DNA from: Felis catus
Taxonomy: Eukaryota
DNA: 64,000 nt
Reading direction: 5' to 3'
Assembly: GCF_018350175.1 (NCBI RefSeq)
Contig: NC_058368.1
Location: 169,138,001-169,202,000, forward strand
Positions 1 through 13,682 of the stretch are shown piece after piece. The position numbers and the translations under genes are program-made. Numbering within the stretch: position 1 is the stretch's first letter; each line of letters starts with the position of its first letter. Under the pieces are notes generated by a model. It saw only the letters and a program-made list of their open reading frames with translations, had not been told where the DNA came from and made no database searches.

Positions 1-305
1 CATTTTGGAGTGCTGAGCTGGACTGCCTCTCTGTCCTTTTCTCCTCTCCGCTGTCAATAAGTCTAAGACAGTACCTCATTTATCAGAGGATTAGCATGTG
101 TGATTCTAAGCACTTTTCTAACATCACTTCCATCAACCTCATGAAATCCAAAATCTTTTGCAAGATTTGCCTTTTCACTTTGTAATCAATGTGCATTGTA
201 CTAACAGTGTGTTGTTAGATATTCTAAACAATAAATAATCCCGCAGATTAAAAAAAAAAACATTGATGTAATTAGTGGGAATCAACACTAAATTGAGCAG
301 GATAT

Positions 306-501
306 TTGTTTTTTGGTGTTTTGTTTGTTTGTTTGTTTTTTAGAGAGAGAGCATGAACAGCAGAGGGAGAGAAAGAATTGTAAGCAGGCTCCACACCCAG
401 CATGGAGCCCTACACGGGTATTGATCTCACGACCCTGAGATCGTGCCCTGAGCCATAATTAAGAGTCAGATGCTTAACCAAGTGAACCACCCAGGCATCC
501 C
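306..501 (-). mobile_element. Older carnivore SINE (SINEC)
   Basis: Reverse tRNA-like head and poly-T tail; TSD gagcaggatat at 295-305 and 505-515. Confidence 0.85.
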
Positions 502-1579
502 ATGGAGCAGGATATGTGAATGGGGAATAACTTTATGACTGTTTGGTCTATTAGACAATATATTCCTTTGAAGGCCCCCATGCCAATTGTATACCAGCTG
601 GGCCTTAGATAATAATCTCCGGGGTAGACAGGACTCCCCTGTACTTTAGGCTTGAGCTCCAACTCCATCAACTTGTTCTATGGTCTTGAGCAAGTCACTT
701 CATCTCAATAATCTTACAAGCCAAATAAGCCCAGATTCTTTCTCTGGGATCTAAGAAGTTGTGCATATGTGTTTTAATGTACATGTTCTCAAGGAGGGTG
801 CTCGTATGTTTCTTCCAATTCTCATAAGAATCTAAACTACCAATCATGGAGCACCTCACATGATTTCTAAAATTGCTTTTCAGCTTTCATATTCTCTGAT
901 TTCTGATTTTCCTTGGGTAAAACTATCTGTATGGAATGAATGTAGAAGATTGGGCTAGGCCAGGTGGGACGGAAATCTGTAAGCTGTTACCTGTAATTAG
1001 TGCTGAAATGTAGGTAGGTAATCCATCAATTCTAACCAATGATCTACCTCCTAGTAACCTGAAGCTTCTTTTGAAAAACTGAATTAAAGATTTTCAAGCC
1101 TGTTGTTTTAGAGAAGGCGGAATGCTATATAGAAGATTTAGCGATGTGTGTGCAAATCGTTAAAGAAATACTGGGCACTCAGCTGAATAAATCCACTTTG
1201 AAGGATTTGAAATATCACTAAATAGTTACCATCCTATATTAGTAATTAATTATGACTAAGATCATTGCAAATACAAGAACTAGAAAGATAGAAAATGACA
1301 CATACTATCTGATGTGGGCAGAGCAAGTAGGGTTTCTGAAAGGAGTAGTAAGTGGGCTGTTAATATAGCTGTTCCAAATCTTGACATCATCATAGCTATA
1401 ATTTGATTAAATACTAAATGCTAAATTTATCTTCTAAACTTTAAAGAGACCTCAAAATGATATTCTTGTAATTGCAAATAGAAAAGAGAACTAGGGAAAT
1501 TGCTTTGGTGACATAATTCCACTTTCAAGGCTCTTTAAAAATCTTCTTGGTTGGATTAAAAAAAATCCGAGTCTCATTT

Positions 1580-1665
1580 ATTTATCTATTCATCAGGAAT
1601 ATGGGGAAATATTTATTCATCAGGAATATGGGGAAATATTTATCTATTCATCAGTATGGGGAAAT
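1580..1665. repeat. Three-copy 27-31 bp tandem repeat
   Basis: Unit attta(tcta)ttcatcag(gaa)tatggggaaat at 1580-1610, 1611-1637 and 1638-1665. Confidence 0.9.
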
Positions 1666-2182
1666 CAGGCATGACACTATTGCAGTAGTGTGTAGGCCTA
1701 AACTCATGAAATCTTGAACAATATTCCAGAGTGGAAAATAGCCTATATATATATTTTTTTTATGTAGCATCCACAGGCAAATAGAGCCTAGCCCTCTGTC
1801 AACATGGGACTGTAGAAGTGTATGGAGAAATTCAAAGCAGTTGTAGAGACTGTTCATTCAAATATAATCAGAAACTAGAACACAAAAACTTGTTAAAGTG
1901 ATTTACTGATCTACTTTCTCAGCTAAAGAAAGTTTTGATTTTTAATGGGCTCTGAGAAACCAAATTTGTTGGACTCCTGATCAGACCATGATTTCTTACA
2001 GATATGAAAAAAGGTATATGAACAAAATGGTTGAACCTGTATGGAAAGACAAATGGTTTACTAATTCTAGAACATGTTAGGATTTAGATTCAAATTGGAT
2101 AGAAATATTAAGTAACTGACAATAGGAAGAAATTATTTTCTATTACCAACTTGCTATGAGGTTATTAAAATCAAAGATTTTC

Positions 2183-2399
2183 AGGTGTGCCTGAGCGGCT
2201 TAGTGGGTTAAGCATTCAATTCTTGGTTTGGGCTCAGGTCATGATCTCATGGTTTGTGAGATCAAGCCCTGCATCAGGCTCTGCACTGACAGTGTGGGGC
2301 CTGCTTAGGATTCTCTCTCTCTCTACCCCTCCTCCATTCGTGTGCATGAGCACACACTCTCTAAATAAATAAATAAAATAAATAAATAGGTTTTTTTTT
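2183..2399 (+). mobile_element. Felid SINE
   Basis: SINEC body ctcaggtcatgatctc, (CT)n and AAAT tail; degenerate TSD aatca..gattttc. Confidence 0.88.
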
Positions 2400-2509
2400 A
2401 ATCACGGATTTTCAAAATTGCACCCCGTGAAAGTAAATTAATAGCATTTAAGGAGGTTTATAGGTTTTTATCACCATGCAGCATTGAACATTTTGGACAT
2501 TTGTGGACA

Positions 2510-2885
2510 TTTGCAGACATTTGCCTTCCCGGCATTCATTTCCCCTTCTTTCTCCTGCTTTTCCACCTGATTGACCCTTTGCCACAATTAGTCCATAGGT
2601 CTATGGAACTCCATCCAAAAGCTCTATGGGCGGCCTTGTGCTCAAATATGTGACTCGGGTCTGACAAATTACAGCAGCTCTTCCTTTTGATCACGGTGAT
2701 TGGAAGAGTAATGAGTATGACAAAAGTTATGGTCTGGAATGCTGCGGATGCTACTGAAAACAATTCTCTTTTTCTAGACTCAGGCCCAGGAGAGTACGAT
2801 AATGTAAGTGCTGTAGCAACTTTGCCAGCACCATCTTGGGAAGGCTGAGTATGACATATTGCTACCATCTAAGCCTCAGACCTCA
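2510..2885 (+). mobile_element. Old MaLR/ERVL solo LTR (MLT1K/L-like)
   Basis: Motifs cattcatttccccttc...atgtgactcgggtctgacaaatt...cacggtgattgg resemble MLT1-type LTRs. ORF 2536..2868 overlaps it. Confidence 0.45.
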
Positions 2886-2909
2886 CGCCAGTTTAATCGA
2901 AAAGGTCCA

Positions 2910-3490
2910 GTTCTGAATCACGCCTTGCATTTGTCATGTCTGTGACTCCCCTTTAATGTAGAACAGTTTATCAGTTTTTCTCTGACCTTCCTGACCTCAA
3001 ATCTTTTGAAGATTACAGGCCAGTTACCTTTGGAATGTTCTTCAACTTGGGGTTTTCTGTTATTTTTTCATAGTTAGATTGATGTTATGCATCTTTCACA
3101 GGATATCATAGAAGTTCTTCTAAAGGCCTTCTATTAGGTGGCACAGGGTTTCAATTTTCTCATTGTTGACATTTGTTCTCTATGACAACTTGAAAAGGTG
3201 ATATCTACCAGATGTTTTCACTATAAAGTTATCTTTCCCCCCTTGGCAATTGATAAGTGTTCTGTGGAGAAGTACTTTGAAATTATGTAAAATAGTGTTG
3301 TTGTTTTTTTAAATCAAACATTCATTTATTTATTTATATCTGAATGGATTCACAGTTTCCTATTTTGTTTCATGGGTTTTTCATAATCATTATTTGTTTT
3401 GATGCACAAATTGTCCCAATTTGGCCTGTCTCACCTGCTTCTGAGTCTTTATGACCCATCTTCATCATTTGCTGATCACTTATTTTTCTG
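2910..3490 (-). mobile_element. Old L1MC-type 3' UTR fragment
   Basis: Resembles recalled L1MC4/5 3' end in reverse (ttttgaagattacaggccagtta...gaatgttcttcaacttggg). Confidence 0.6.
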
Positions 3491-6174
3491 GTTCTGTTCT
3501 GTAGAAAGATCCTGAACTCACCCCCACCATGGACACACTGAATCTACTGCTACATATGGACTAATTTCCTGTGAAAAAGATCTGAAAACTAGCTGAGTAG
3601 CTCCTACACAGTGGCAAACAAGAAGAAGGCCACATGGAAGTGGGAAGGAGAGGCTGAGACACAATCTCACCATAAACCACACCCTCAGCACCACGACCCA
3701 CAATTGGGAGGGAATTTATAAACCCTGAGGAGTGAACTGTTCATAACATCAGACACTCCATATTTTGAGACCTATACCCTACAGATGAGCCTCCAAAACA
3801 TGAGTCTTTGAAAACCAATGGGGCTCACTTCCAGGAGACCCATTGGGATGTGGTGAACTGAGCAACGCCTCGTAAGGGGCTTGTGTGTGGACTCACTCAC
3901 TCCAAGGCCTGGTGCAGAAGCAGCTATTTGAAAAGTGCCCTGACTTTATCAAAAAGAGATTCATTTGTTAACCACAAAGCATCACCCAGAGGGGCAGGGG
4001 CTGCTGGGGATACTCTCCAGGGATGAAGGAGATGGTGGGCACCATTTTTGTGCTCTCCCTTGACCTTGCTAAAGCTGGCAGATGTTTTTTTGTTTTTTTT
4101 ACTCTAACTCCCTTTTCCCCCTCAGTGGGTGCCATCTTTACCCTCTAACCAGCAGGCTCCATCTATGCACTCTCCCTCTGCATACTCTGCAGGGGAATTT
4201 TTAGAGATGTCTGATGCCCCAGTTCTTATGTCGTGCCCTGGTTTTTGCAGCTGCAACCCAGGGGACATCCCTTGATTATGTGGCTCTGGAGGTCAGGGGA
4301 CCTTGCATTCCTGGGTCACATGGGACTGTAATAATCAGAAAGAGAGTTTTTAGCAGACTACCACCCCCAGGGCATTGTACAGGTAGCAGACAGAAACACA
4401 ACCCCAGTCCTTCAAAGAAAGATGCTTATTTGCTTATTCTGGAGCCTGAGGGGCAGGCTTCAGGTTTGATGTATATCTAGAGGCCTAAGGAGGGGTTCTC
4501 AGGGAACACAGGCTAGGTGACATGCCATCTCTGTGCTGTATCTCTGCCACACTAGAGTTTACCTGTGTCTCTAAGAATGGAGCTTATATGATTGCCTGGA
4601 GCCAATTTTTGTGATTGTTGCCCAGGGGATACCTCCAATTACTTGTCTGCTGGCCAGCAAGGCTTATATTTGCAGTCCCACAGGGTTGTATATATTGCTT
4701 ACTTTAAAAGCTGCTGCCTGAGATCTGACTTCCAATCAGCCTGAACCTAGGTGTTCACTGAGATCCCCCTCTTTGGGACACTGACAGATCTTAGCACATC
4801 CTTAACAACTAGGCACTACTGAAAACAAAATAGGCTGCTTGGACAATCACAAAAGCTTGAGAGACAACCAAGAGCTAGGACATGGTTGATGATAAGGTTT
4901 ATCATGAGGCCACTCCTTGAAGACTAGAAGAGGTGGCTGTTTCATCTAGTACATAAAAACAGTCAAGCAAAATGAGGAAACACAGAACAAGATAAAACCT
5001 CAGGAAAAAAAATTTAATATAATGGAGAGAATTGTCTATCTGATAAACAGTTTAAAGTAATGGTCATAAAGATATTGACTGAACTTGGGAGAAGCATGGA
5101 TAAACAGTGAGAATTTCAACAAATATACGAAAATATACGATAGAAAAGATAGAAAATATACGAAAATACCAAATAGATGTCATAGAGTTGAAGAAAAACT
5201 GAGCTGAAGATAGACTAGAAGTGTTCAATAGAAGACTAGATAAAACAGAAGAAAGGATCAGTCAATTCAAAGACAAGGCAGTGGAACTCACCCAATCAGA
5301 GCAACAAAAAGAAAAGAGAATTTAAAAAAGTGAAGATAGCTCAAAGGATGTATGGCAAAACATCAGGCAGACTAACATTCACATTATAGGAGTGCCAAAA
5401 GGAGAAGAGAAACAGAAAGGACAGAAAACTTATTGGAAGAAATAATAGCTGAAAACTTCCCTAACCTGGGGAAGGAAACAGGCTTCCAGATCCACGAAGT
5501 CCATGAACCCAAAGAGACCCACACCAAGACACATTTAATTAAAATGTCAAAAGTTAAAGACAAGAAGAGAATCTTAAAAGTAGCAAGAGAAATGCAACTT
5601 GTTACATACAAGGGAGCCCCCATAAGACTATCAGTCAATTTTTTAGCAGAAGCTTTGCAGGTCAGAAGAAAACTAGCGCAATATATTCAGAGTGCTGAAA
5701 GTAAAACGTTTGTAACCAAGAACACTCCACCGGGCAAAGTTATCATTCAAAATTGAAGGAGAGATAAAAGAGTTTTCCAGATAAGAAAAACCTCAGGGAG
5801 TTCACTACTAAACTGGCCTTATGGGGAATGTTAAAAGGACTTCTCTAAGCTGAAAGAAAGGGTGCTTATTAATAATAAGAAAACAATGAAAGTATAAATC
5901 TCATTGATAAGGATAAATATATAGTAAAGGTAGTGGATTAATCACTTATAAAGCTAAAATGAAGGTTAAAGAAGAAAAGTAGTAAAAACAACTATAACTA
6001 CAATAATTAAATAAGAGATACAAGATAAAAATAAATAAACTGTGTGTCAAAAATATAAAACATTGTGGGGAAGAGTATAAATGTAGAGCTTTAGAACGTA
6101 TTCAAACTTAAGTTGTTATCAACTGAAAATAGACTGTGATAGGGGAACTTGCATGACTGGGTTGAACTCTCTCT

Positions 6175-6387
6175 TTTTTTTTTAAACACTTATTTATTTT
6201 TGAGACAGAGAGAGACAGAGCATGAACAGGGGAGGGTCAGAGAGAGAGGGAGACACAGAATCTGAAACAGGCTCCAGGCTCTGAGCTGTCAGCACAGAGG
6301 CCGACGTGGGGCTCGAACTCACGGACTGTGAAATCATGACCTGAGCTGAAGTCAGACGCTTAACCAACTGAGCCACCCAGGTGCCCC
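6175..6387 (-). mobile_element. Felid SINE inserted into an older + strand SINE (6143-6167 and 6388-6535), both inside the L1
   Basis: Complete reverse SINE; the host SINE resumes at tgaacatccaactcttgatttcagctcagg. Confidence 0.9.
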
Positions 6388-6762
6388 TGAACATCCAACT
6401 CTTGATTTCAGCTCAGGTCAAGGTCCCAGGGTCATGAGATCAGGGCCTGTGATGGGCTCTGAACTGAGAGTGGAGTTTGCTTAAAATTCTTTCTCTCCCT
6501 CTACTCCTCTCCCCTTCTTGCACTCTCTCTTGAAAATACATATATAAAAAAGAAAATAAGTGATAAATATAGGTTGTTCTATGTAATCTTCATGGTAACC
6601 ACAAAGCAAAAATCTATACTAGATACACAAAAGATAATGAGAAAGAAATCTAAGAATACCACTAAAGAAAGTCAACAAACTCCAAAGGAAGAGAGCAAGA
6701 GAAGTAGAAAGGAACAAAGTGGAACTATAAACAGCCAGAAAGCAATTAATAAACTGGCAATA

Positions 6763-8473
6763 CACTGTTATTCAACATAGTATTAGAAGTCTTAGCCTCT
6801 GCAATCAGACAACACAAAGAAATAAAAGGCATCCAGCTCAGCCAGGAGGAGGTCAAACTTTCACTCTTTGCAGATGACATGATACTCTATACGGAAAACC
6901 CAAAAGATTCCACCAAAAAACTGCTAGAGTTGATCCATGTATTCAGCAGACTTGCATGATATAAAATCAATGCACAGAAATTGGTTGCATTTCTATACAC
7001 CAATAGTGAAGCAACAGGAAGAGAAATCAAGGAATCGATCCCATCTATAATTGCATCAAAAACCATAATATATCTAGGAATAAATCTAACCAAAGAGGTG
7101 AAAAATCTATACACTGAAAACTATAGAAAGCTTATGAAAGAAACTGAAGAAGACACAAAAAAAATGGAAAAAGATTCCATGTTCCTGGATAGGAAGAACA
7201 AATATTGTTAAAATGTCAATACTACCCAAAGCAATCTACATATTCGATACAATACCTATAAAAATAACACCAAAATTCTTCACAGAGCTAGAACAAACAA
7301 TCCTAAAATTTGTATGGACTGGGAAAGACCCCAAATAGCCATAGCAATCTTGAAAACAGAAAACCAAAGCAGGAGGCATCACAATCCCAGATTTCAAGCT
7401 GTACTACAAAGCAGTAATCGTCAAGACAGTATGGTACTGGCACAAAAACAGACACTCAGATCAATGGAACAGAATAGGGAACCCAGAAATGGACCCACAA
7501 ACATATGGCCAACTAATCTTTGACAAAGCAGGAAATAATATCAAATGGAATAAAGACAGTCTCTTCAGCAAGTGGTGCTGGGAAAGCTGGACAGCGACAT
7601 GCACAAAATGAACCTGGAACACTTTCTTACACCATCCACAAAAATAAGCTCAAAATGGATGAAAGACCTAAATGTAAAATAGAAAGACTTCAAAATCCTC
7701 GAGGAGAAAGAAGGCAAAGACCTCTTTGACCTTGCCCACAGCAAATTCTTACTCAACATATCTCCGGAGGCAAGGGAAACCAAAGCAAAAATGAACTATT
7801 GGGATCTCATCAAAATAAAAAGCTTCTGCACAGCGAAGGAAACAATCAGCAAAACTGAAGAGCAACTGACGGAATGGGAGAAGATATTTGCAAATGACAT
7901 ATCAGATAAAGGGTTAGTATCCAAACTCTGTAAAGAACTTATCAAACTCAACACCCAAAAAACAAATAATCCAGTGAAGAAACGGGCAAAAGACATGAAT
8001 AGACATTTGTCCAAAGAAGACATCCAGGTGGCCAACCAACACATGAAAAAAATGCTCAACATCACTCATCATCAGGGAAATACAAATCAAAATCACAATG
8101 AGATACCACCTCACACCTGTCAGAATGGCTAACATTAACAACTCAGGCAACAACAGATGTTGGCAAGGATGAGGAGAAAGAGGATCTCTTTTGAACTGTT
8201 GGTGGGAATGCAAACTGGTGCAGCCACTCTGGAAAACAATATGGAGTTTCCTCAGCAAATTAAAAATGGAACTACCCTATGACCCAGCAATTGCACTACT
8301 AGGTACCTATCCAAGGGATACAGGTGTGCTGTTTCAAAGGGGCACATGCACCCCCATGTTTATAGCAGTGCTATCAACAATAGCCAAAGTTGGAAAGCCT
8401 CTTTTAGGAAACAATTCTTCTTTTTGTAAAGAGCCCAAATGTCCACTGATGGATGAATGGATAAAGAAGATGT

Positions 8474-8513
<40 letters not shown>

Positions 8514-8915
8514 CACACACATAAACACATAATGGAGTATTACTCGGCAATCAAAAAGAATGAAATCTTGACAGTTGCAACTACATGGATGGAACTAGAG
8601 GGTATTATGCTAAGCAAAATTAGTCATTCAGAGAATGACAAGTATCATATGACTTCACCCATATGAGGACTTTAAGATACAAAACAGATGAACATAAGGG
8701 GAGGGAAGCAAAAATAATATAAAAACAGGGAAGGGGACAAAACATAAGAGACTCTTAAATATGGGGAACAAACAAAGGATTACTGGAGGGGTTGTGGGAG
8801 GGGGGATGGGCTAAATGGGTAAGGGTCATTAAGGAATCTACTCCTGAAATCTTTGTTGCACTATATGCTAACTAACTTGGATGTAAATTTAAAAAAATTT
8901 AATTAAATAAAAAAT
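6763..8915 (+). mobile_element. Younger 5'-truncated carnivore/felid L1 nested in the older L1
   Basis: ORF2 C-terminal peptides (ORFs 6981, 7791, 8191), G-rich 3' UTR 8787-8825 and A-rich tail. TSD ataaactgg(c/a)aata at 6749-6762 and 8916-8929. Confidence 0.92.
8475..8510. repeat. (GT)18 microsatellite
   Basis: Direct reading. Confidence 0.95.
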
Positions 8916-10836
8916 ATAAACTGGAAATAAGTACGTACCTATCAAAAATTCCTTTAAATATAAAAGGATTAAATTCTCCAATCAAAAGATGCAGAGTGAC
9001 TGAGTGGGTAAAAAACTAAGACTCACTTATGTGCTGCCTATAAAAGCCTCACTTCAGATGTACACACAGACACACAGATACACACAGACAAAAAATGATG
9101 GAGTGAGAAAGACATTCCAAACAAATGGAAACCAAAAGAAAACTAGAGTGTCTATATTTATATCAGACAACATAGACTTTAAAACACAAGCTATCAGCAG
9201 AGAAAAAGAAGAGCACTGTGTAATAATAAAGTGGTCAATAAAAGCAGGATATAACATTAAATACTGTAACATGTAAATACTTATGCAGCCCACACAGGGG
9301 CACTTTAATATAAGAGGTAAATATTAACAGACCTAAAGGGTCTGTAGCAGTGCAGACAGCAGTGCAATAAAAGAGACTTTAACCCCCCATTTGTATCAAT
9401 GATACATCATCCAGACAAACTTGGTAAGGAAACACTAGCCTTAAACAACATATTAGAGTTAACAAAACATTCCATCCAAAAGAAGCAGAATACACATCCA
9501 TCTCAAGTGCACAAGGAATATTCTCCAGGATAAATTATATAGGCCACAAAATAAGTTTTAACAAATTTAAGAAGACTGAAATCATTTCAGGCATCTTTTC
9601 CAACCACAATGGTATGAAACTAGAAATCAATAACAAAAATAAAACTGGAAATTTCACAAATATGTGGTGATTAAACATGCTATTGAACAACTAATAAGTC
9701 AATGAGGAAATCAAAATATACCTTGAGACAAATGAAAATACAACATACCACCAAAATTTACACGATAGAGCAAAAGTAGTGCTAAGAGGGAAGCCCATAG
9801 TGATAAATGTCTACCTCAAGAAACAAGAAAAATCTCAAATAAGCAGCCTAATTTTACACCCCAGGGAACTAGAAAAAGAACAAATGAAGTCCAACATAAG
9901 TAGAAAGAAAGAAGTCACAAAACAGAGTGGAAATAAAGAAAGATTAAAAAGACAATAGAAAAGATCAATCTAAGAGCTTGTTCTTTGAAAAGATAAATAA
10001 AATTACAAACCTTTAGGTACACTCACCAAAAAAAGAGAGAGGGCTTAAATAAATAAAATCAGAAATGAAAAAGGAGACAGTACAACTGATACTGCAGAAA
10101 TCCACAGGACCATAAGAGACTACTAGAACAACTATATACCAATACATTTGACAGCCTAAATTCTTGGATAAATTCCTGGATAAATTCATAGAAGCATAAA
10201 TCTCCTACATAAATATTCTACATAAATCTTCTACACATCAAAGGAAACCATCAACAAATTGAAAAGACAAACTACTGAGAGAAGTATTTGCAAATAATAT
10301 TTCTGATAAAGGGTTAATAGGGCAAATGTATGAAGAACTGATACAACTCAGCAAAAAACAAATAATCTGGTTTTAAAAATGGAAATGGACCCAAATAGAC
10401 ATTTTTCCTAAGAACATATACAAATAGCCAAAAAGTACATAAAAAGATGTTTGACATCACTAGTCACCAGGGAAATGCAAATCAAAATCATGAGATGCAC
10501 CTCACACCTCCTGGTAGAAATACTGTCATCCAAAATATAAGAAATAATAAGTGTTGGCAAGGATTTGGAGAAAAGGGAACCCTTACAGTTGGTGGGAATG
10601 TAAACTGGTGCAGCCACTCTGGAAAACCGTATGAAGTTTCCTCAGAAATTTAAAAACAGAACTACCATATGATCCAGCAATTCTGCTTCTGGGTATTTAT
10701 CTTGAGAATATGAAGGCGCTAATTCTAAAAGATACATGCACCCCCATGTTTATTGTAGCATCATTTACATTAGCCAAGATATGGAAGCAATGTAAGTGTC
10801 CATCGATGGATGAATGGATAAAGAAAATATATAGAG

Positions 10837-10838
<2 letters not shown>

Positions 10839-10878
<40 letters not shown>
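10839..10878. repeat. (AC)20 microsatellite
   Basis: Direct reading. Confidence 0.95.
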
Positions 10879-10882
<4 letters not shown>

Positions 10883-13644
10883 GAATACTATTCAGCCATA
10901 AAGAAGAAGGAGATCTTGCTATTTGCAACAACATGGGTGGAAGTTGAGGGCATTATGCAAAGTGAAGTAAGTTAGACAGGGAAAGACATAAACTGTATGG
11001 CACAAATGTTAACTAGGCTCATTGGGGTGATCATTTCGTAATATATACAAATACTGGGTCGTTATGTTGTACACCTAAAAATAATATGTCAGTTTAAACA
11101 ACCCAAATGTTTAAAAAATGATAATAGGCAACCTTTATTGAATGCTTACAACTGGGGACTTTGAGAGGGTCTGAATAAATAGCATTCCTCTTCCCTGATC
11201 AAATTCTAAACAAACTGAGAAATAAGACAGAAGAGTGGCTGATAGTGACCCAAGTAGCACCTTGTTACCAATAAAGGCTGAGGTGAGGGAAATGGCTGTT
11301 TCTATGGGCAAATACTTCTCTCCAGGATCACCCCTAGAATGTGCAAGACCTTGAAAAATATTGCTGTTGGGCTCTTGTCTATATAAGCAATTTGAATAAA
11401 AAACATTATAAAACCCATGGGTCCAAGTGAAGTACTGTGATTTACCAATCAAGATTGAGAACAAATAATGAATGAAGAAGACGTACTTACAACTTGTTTG
11501 TGGTCCTATCAGTTCATATGAAGATTTTTCATACTATTCAGGCATCACTTCTTCCTGTCCAGGTCCAGGAACCATTTACTCATGTTCTTTATTGTAATTT
11601 GCAATGTTCCTAGCTAATTTTTTATCTCCCACACTGAAGAAATGATAACAATAGCATTATTACTCATGATGTCATGGCCTTTCAGGGTCTGTTTGTATCG
11701 AAACAATACAGGTCTTCTTCCCTCTGCAGTTCCCTAATTCCATTTACTTAATGCTGGTTACATCATCACTTCTGACACTTTATCACCCAAAGTGACACCT
11801 GTGAATAGCTGCATCCAATGACTGACTATATCAGAGGTTGTTATTGTGCTTTGTTGATGATGACCACATATGCAAGTCTCAATAGGAATATACAGGAAAA
11901 TGCGAGTAACTTCAATTTCTGGATATGTTAAATGTAGTGTTCAGAATCTTAAAGCATCAACATAGCAACATGTCTTCCAACGACATCCGTTCTTGAACTC
12001 CTTAGGCTGTAGTCTCCGCATTTCTAAAATGTCATCTCTTTCCATGGAGACAGCACCCCTGCCTCCCACACACCATTAGCAGAGAGGAGGGGTGATGAGC
12101 AGTTCCTTTTGCACAAGAAATGCCAACCTCTGATCCAGCACGGCTTAAAAACAACTTGTGAGAGAATGATGTCACCACAATTGGAGGCAGGAGAGGACAT
12201 GGATGGAAAGGGCCTATTGGTGTTGTGAAGTAATGCTCTCAAGTGTCCTCAGAGGGGATGGGCATAGCCACCTTGGAGCCCACCGGCTGGGGGTTGGCAC
12301 TCTGGGTGCTAGCAGTAGGGGTGGAACACCTGCTGGACATCTGCCAGCCCCCACCTTGAGTCTCATAGACCAGGTGGCACATGTAGCTCAAGCCAAGACC
12401 TAAGCTTGCTTTGTTTCTGATGTGCGTGAGACACACTTGAAACGGGCGTGATTCCAGTGGCCTAATCTTGCCCGCTCTTGCAAAGGAAATATGCTGCCAG
12501 TCAGCAGGAGAATTGCTGGCCAGGATGCCTTCCTAGAACCAGAGCCTGGCTGTGGAGCCCTAGAATGACCGCATGGACATCAATGTTGGCAGCCCCTGGA
12601 GTGTCTGCTTGAAGGTACCACTTACAGGGTAGATAGAGGGTGAGGGGGGCACCCCAAAGACAGACATAGGTCTGGGGTCAACACTCACCCTCCACCCAGA
12701 TGTCACTGCCAGTCAGGCCACTCCCGTGCTCTGAAGGGGGACTTGGAACTTTTTGAGAAAGGAACTCAGAGGCGCAGGACCCCAGTCTGTGGCGACAGGC
12801 AGGAGGGTCTGAGGACTGTGCTCTCCTCTGTAGTGAACTCTGGAATTCGCCTGACCACCACGCCGACATTGCAGTGTTACCCTCAATGAGGGCTGCCCTC
12901 GGCAAAGCAGAGGCAACTGCTCACTTCCATGGGAGGAAGAGGGCTTTAGTTTTAGTCACCCTAATTTTAATCAGAGTAAGTCACCCTCCAGCAAGTGCAG
13001 AGTGGGAGAGCGTGGAAGGGGGAGTGGGAGGGGAGTGTCTCAGCAGTAGGGTTCCCTCCACATGGAAGGAAACAAGGGAAATGCAGACTAAGGGTTCCCA
13101 CCCAACACTTACTATGTACCTGACGGGATTCTAAGTACTTTACGCGTATTAACTCACTCAGTCCTATGAGAGAAATGCAGCCTGTCCCTGTTCTATAGAT
13201 GAGGCAACATACACATGGAGGTCAAGTAAGCTACCCAAGATTTCATAGCTAGCACACAGCTGGACTTGGGATTGAAACTCAGGCAACCTGGCTGATGAAG
13301 GAAAGAAGGTGCAAACAAAGGAAGGAGTGGAGGGACGGAAGAAGCGACTGAGAAGAATAAGAAAAGACTAGTACCTGTCATCTCCAGAGTAATGGGCAGG
13401 ATTGAGGGGTTTTCCTTCACTTATGTTTGGGAGTGTGTAAATATTGCCTCAGCTTCCCTCTTTTCAGGCTCTTTCAAGAAAGTCTGCAGAGAACACCCCT
13501 AAATTTGTACTTCTACTTATAAAGAAAAACTATTCTCCCTGGGTGTAAAGAAGCTTATCCTCACTTTTGTAGACATGTTTGACATTAACAGGTCACAGGG
13601 GAATGCTGTTACTCAATTTACAAGACAAAATGTTCCCTTCATTG

Positions 13645-13647
<3 letters not shown>

Positions 13648-13679
<32 letters not shown>
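13648..13679. repeat. Poly-T run (32 nt)
   Basis: Direct reading. Confidence 0.95.

Positions 13680-13682
<3 letters not shown>

Larger units (their letters stand above)
3505..11100 (+). mobile_element. Old near-full-length L1 (L1MA9/L1_Carn-like): 5' UTR, decayed ORF1, ORF2 with internal deletion, 3' UTR
   Basis: ORF1-like peptide EEIIAENFPNLGKE...YKGAPIRLS (5433-5756); endonuclease-region remnant 8930-10150; ORF2 C-terminus 10235-10830; L1MA-type 3' end near 11100. Many stops and frameshifts. Confidence 0.88.

Noticed and set aside
1580..2525. Short repeats (29-mer x3; GACATTTG-like x4 at ~2487-2525) as a CRISPR-like array
   Set aside because: Head-to-tail repeats with no unique spacers and no cas genes, in mammalian DNA.
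5384..10901. Multiple ORFs with L1 ORF1/ORF2-like peptides
   Set aside because: Fragments of decayed L1s with stops, frameshifts and loss of most of the RT region; not host genes or active elements.
12320..12340. CTCF-like CCAGCAGGTG motif on the minus strand
   Set aside because: Lacks the GGCRC end of the core motif; cannot be supported without a matrix scan or ChIP data.
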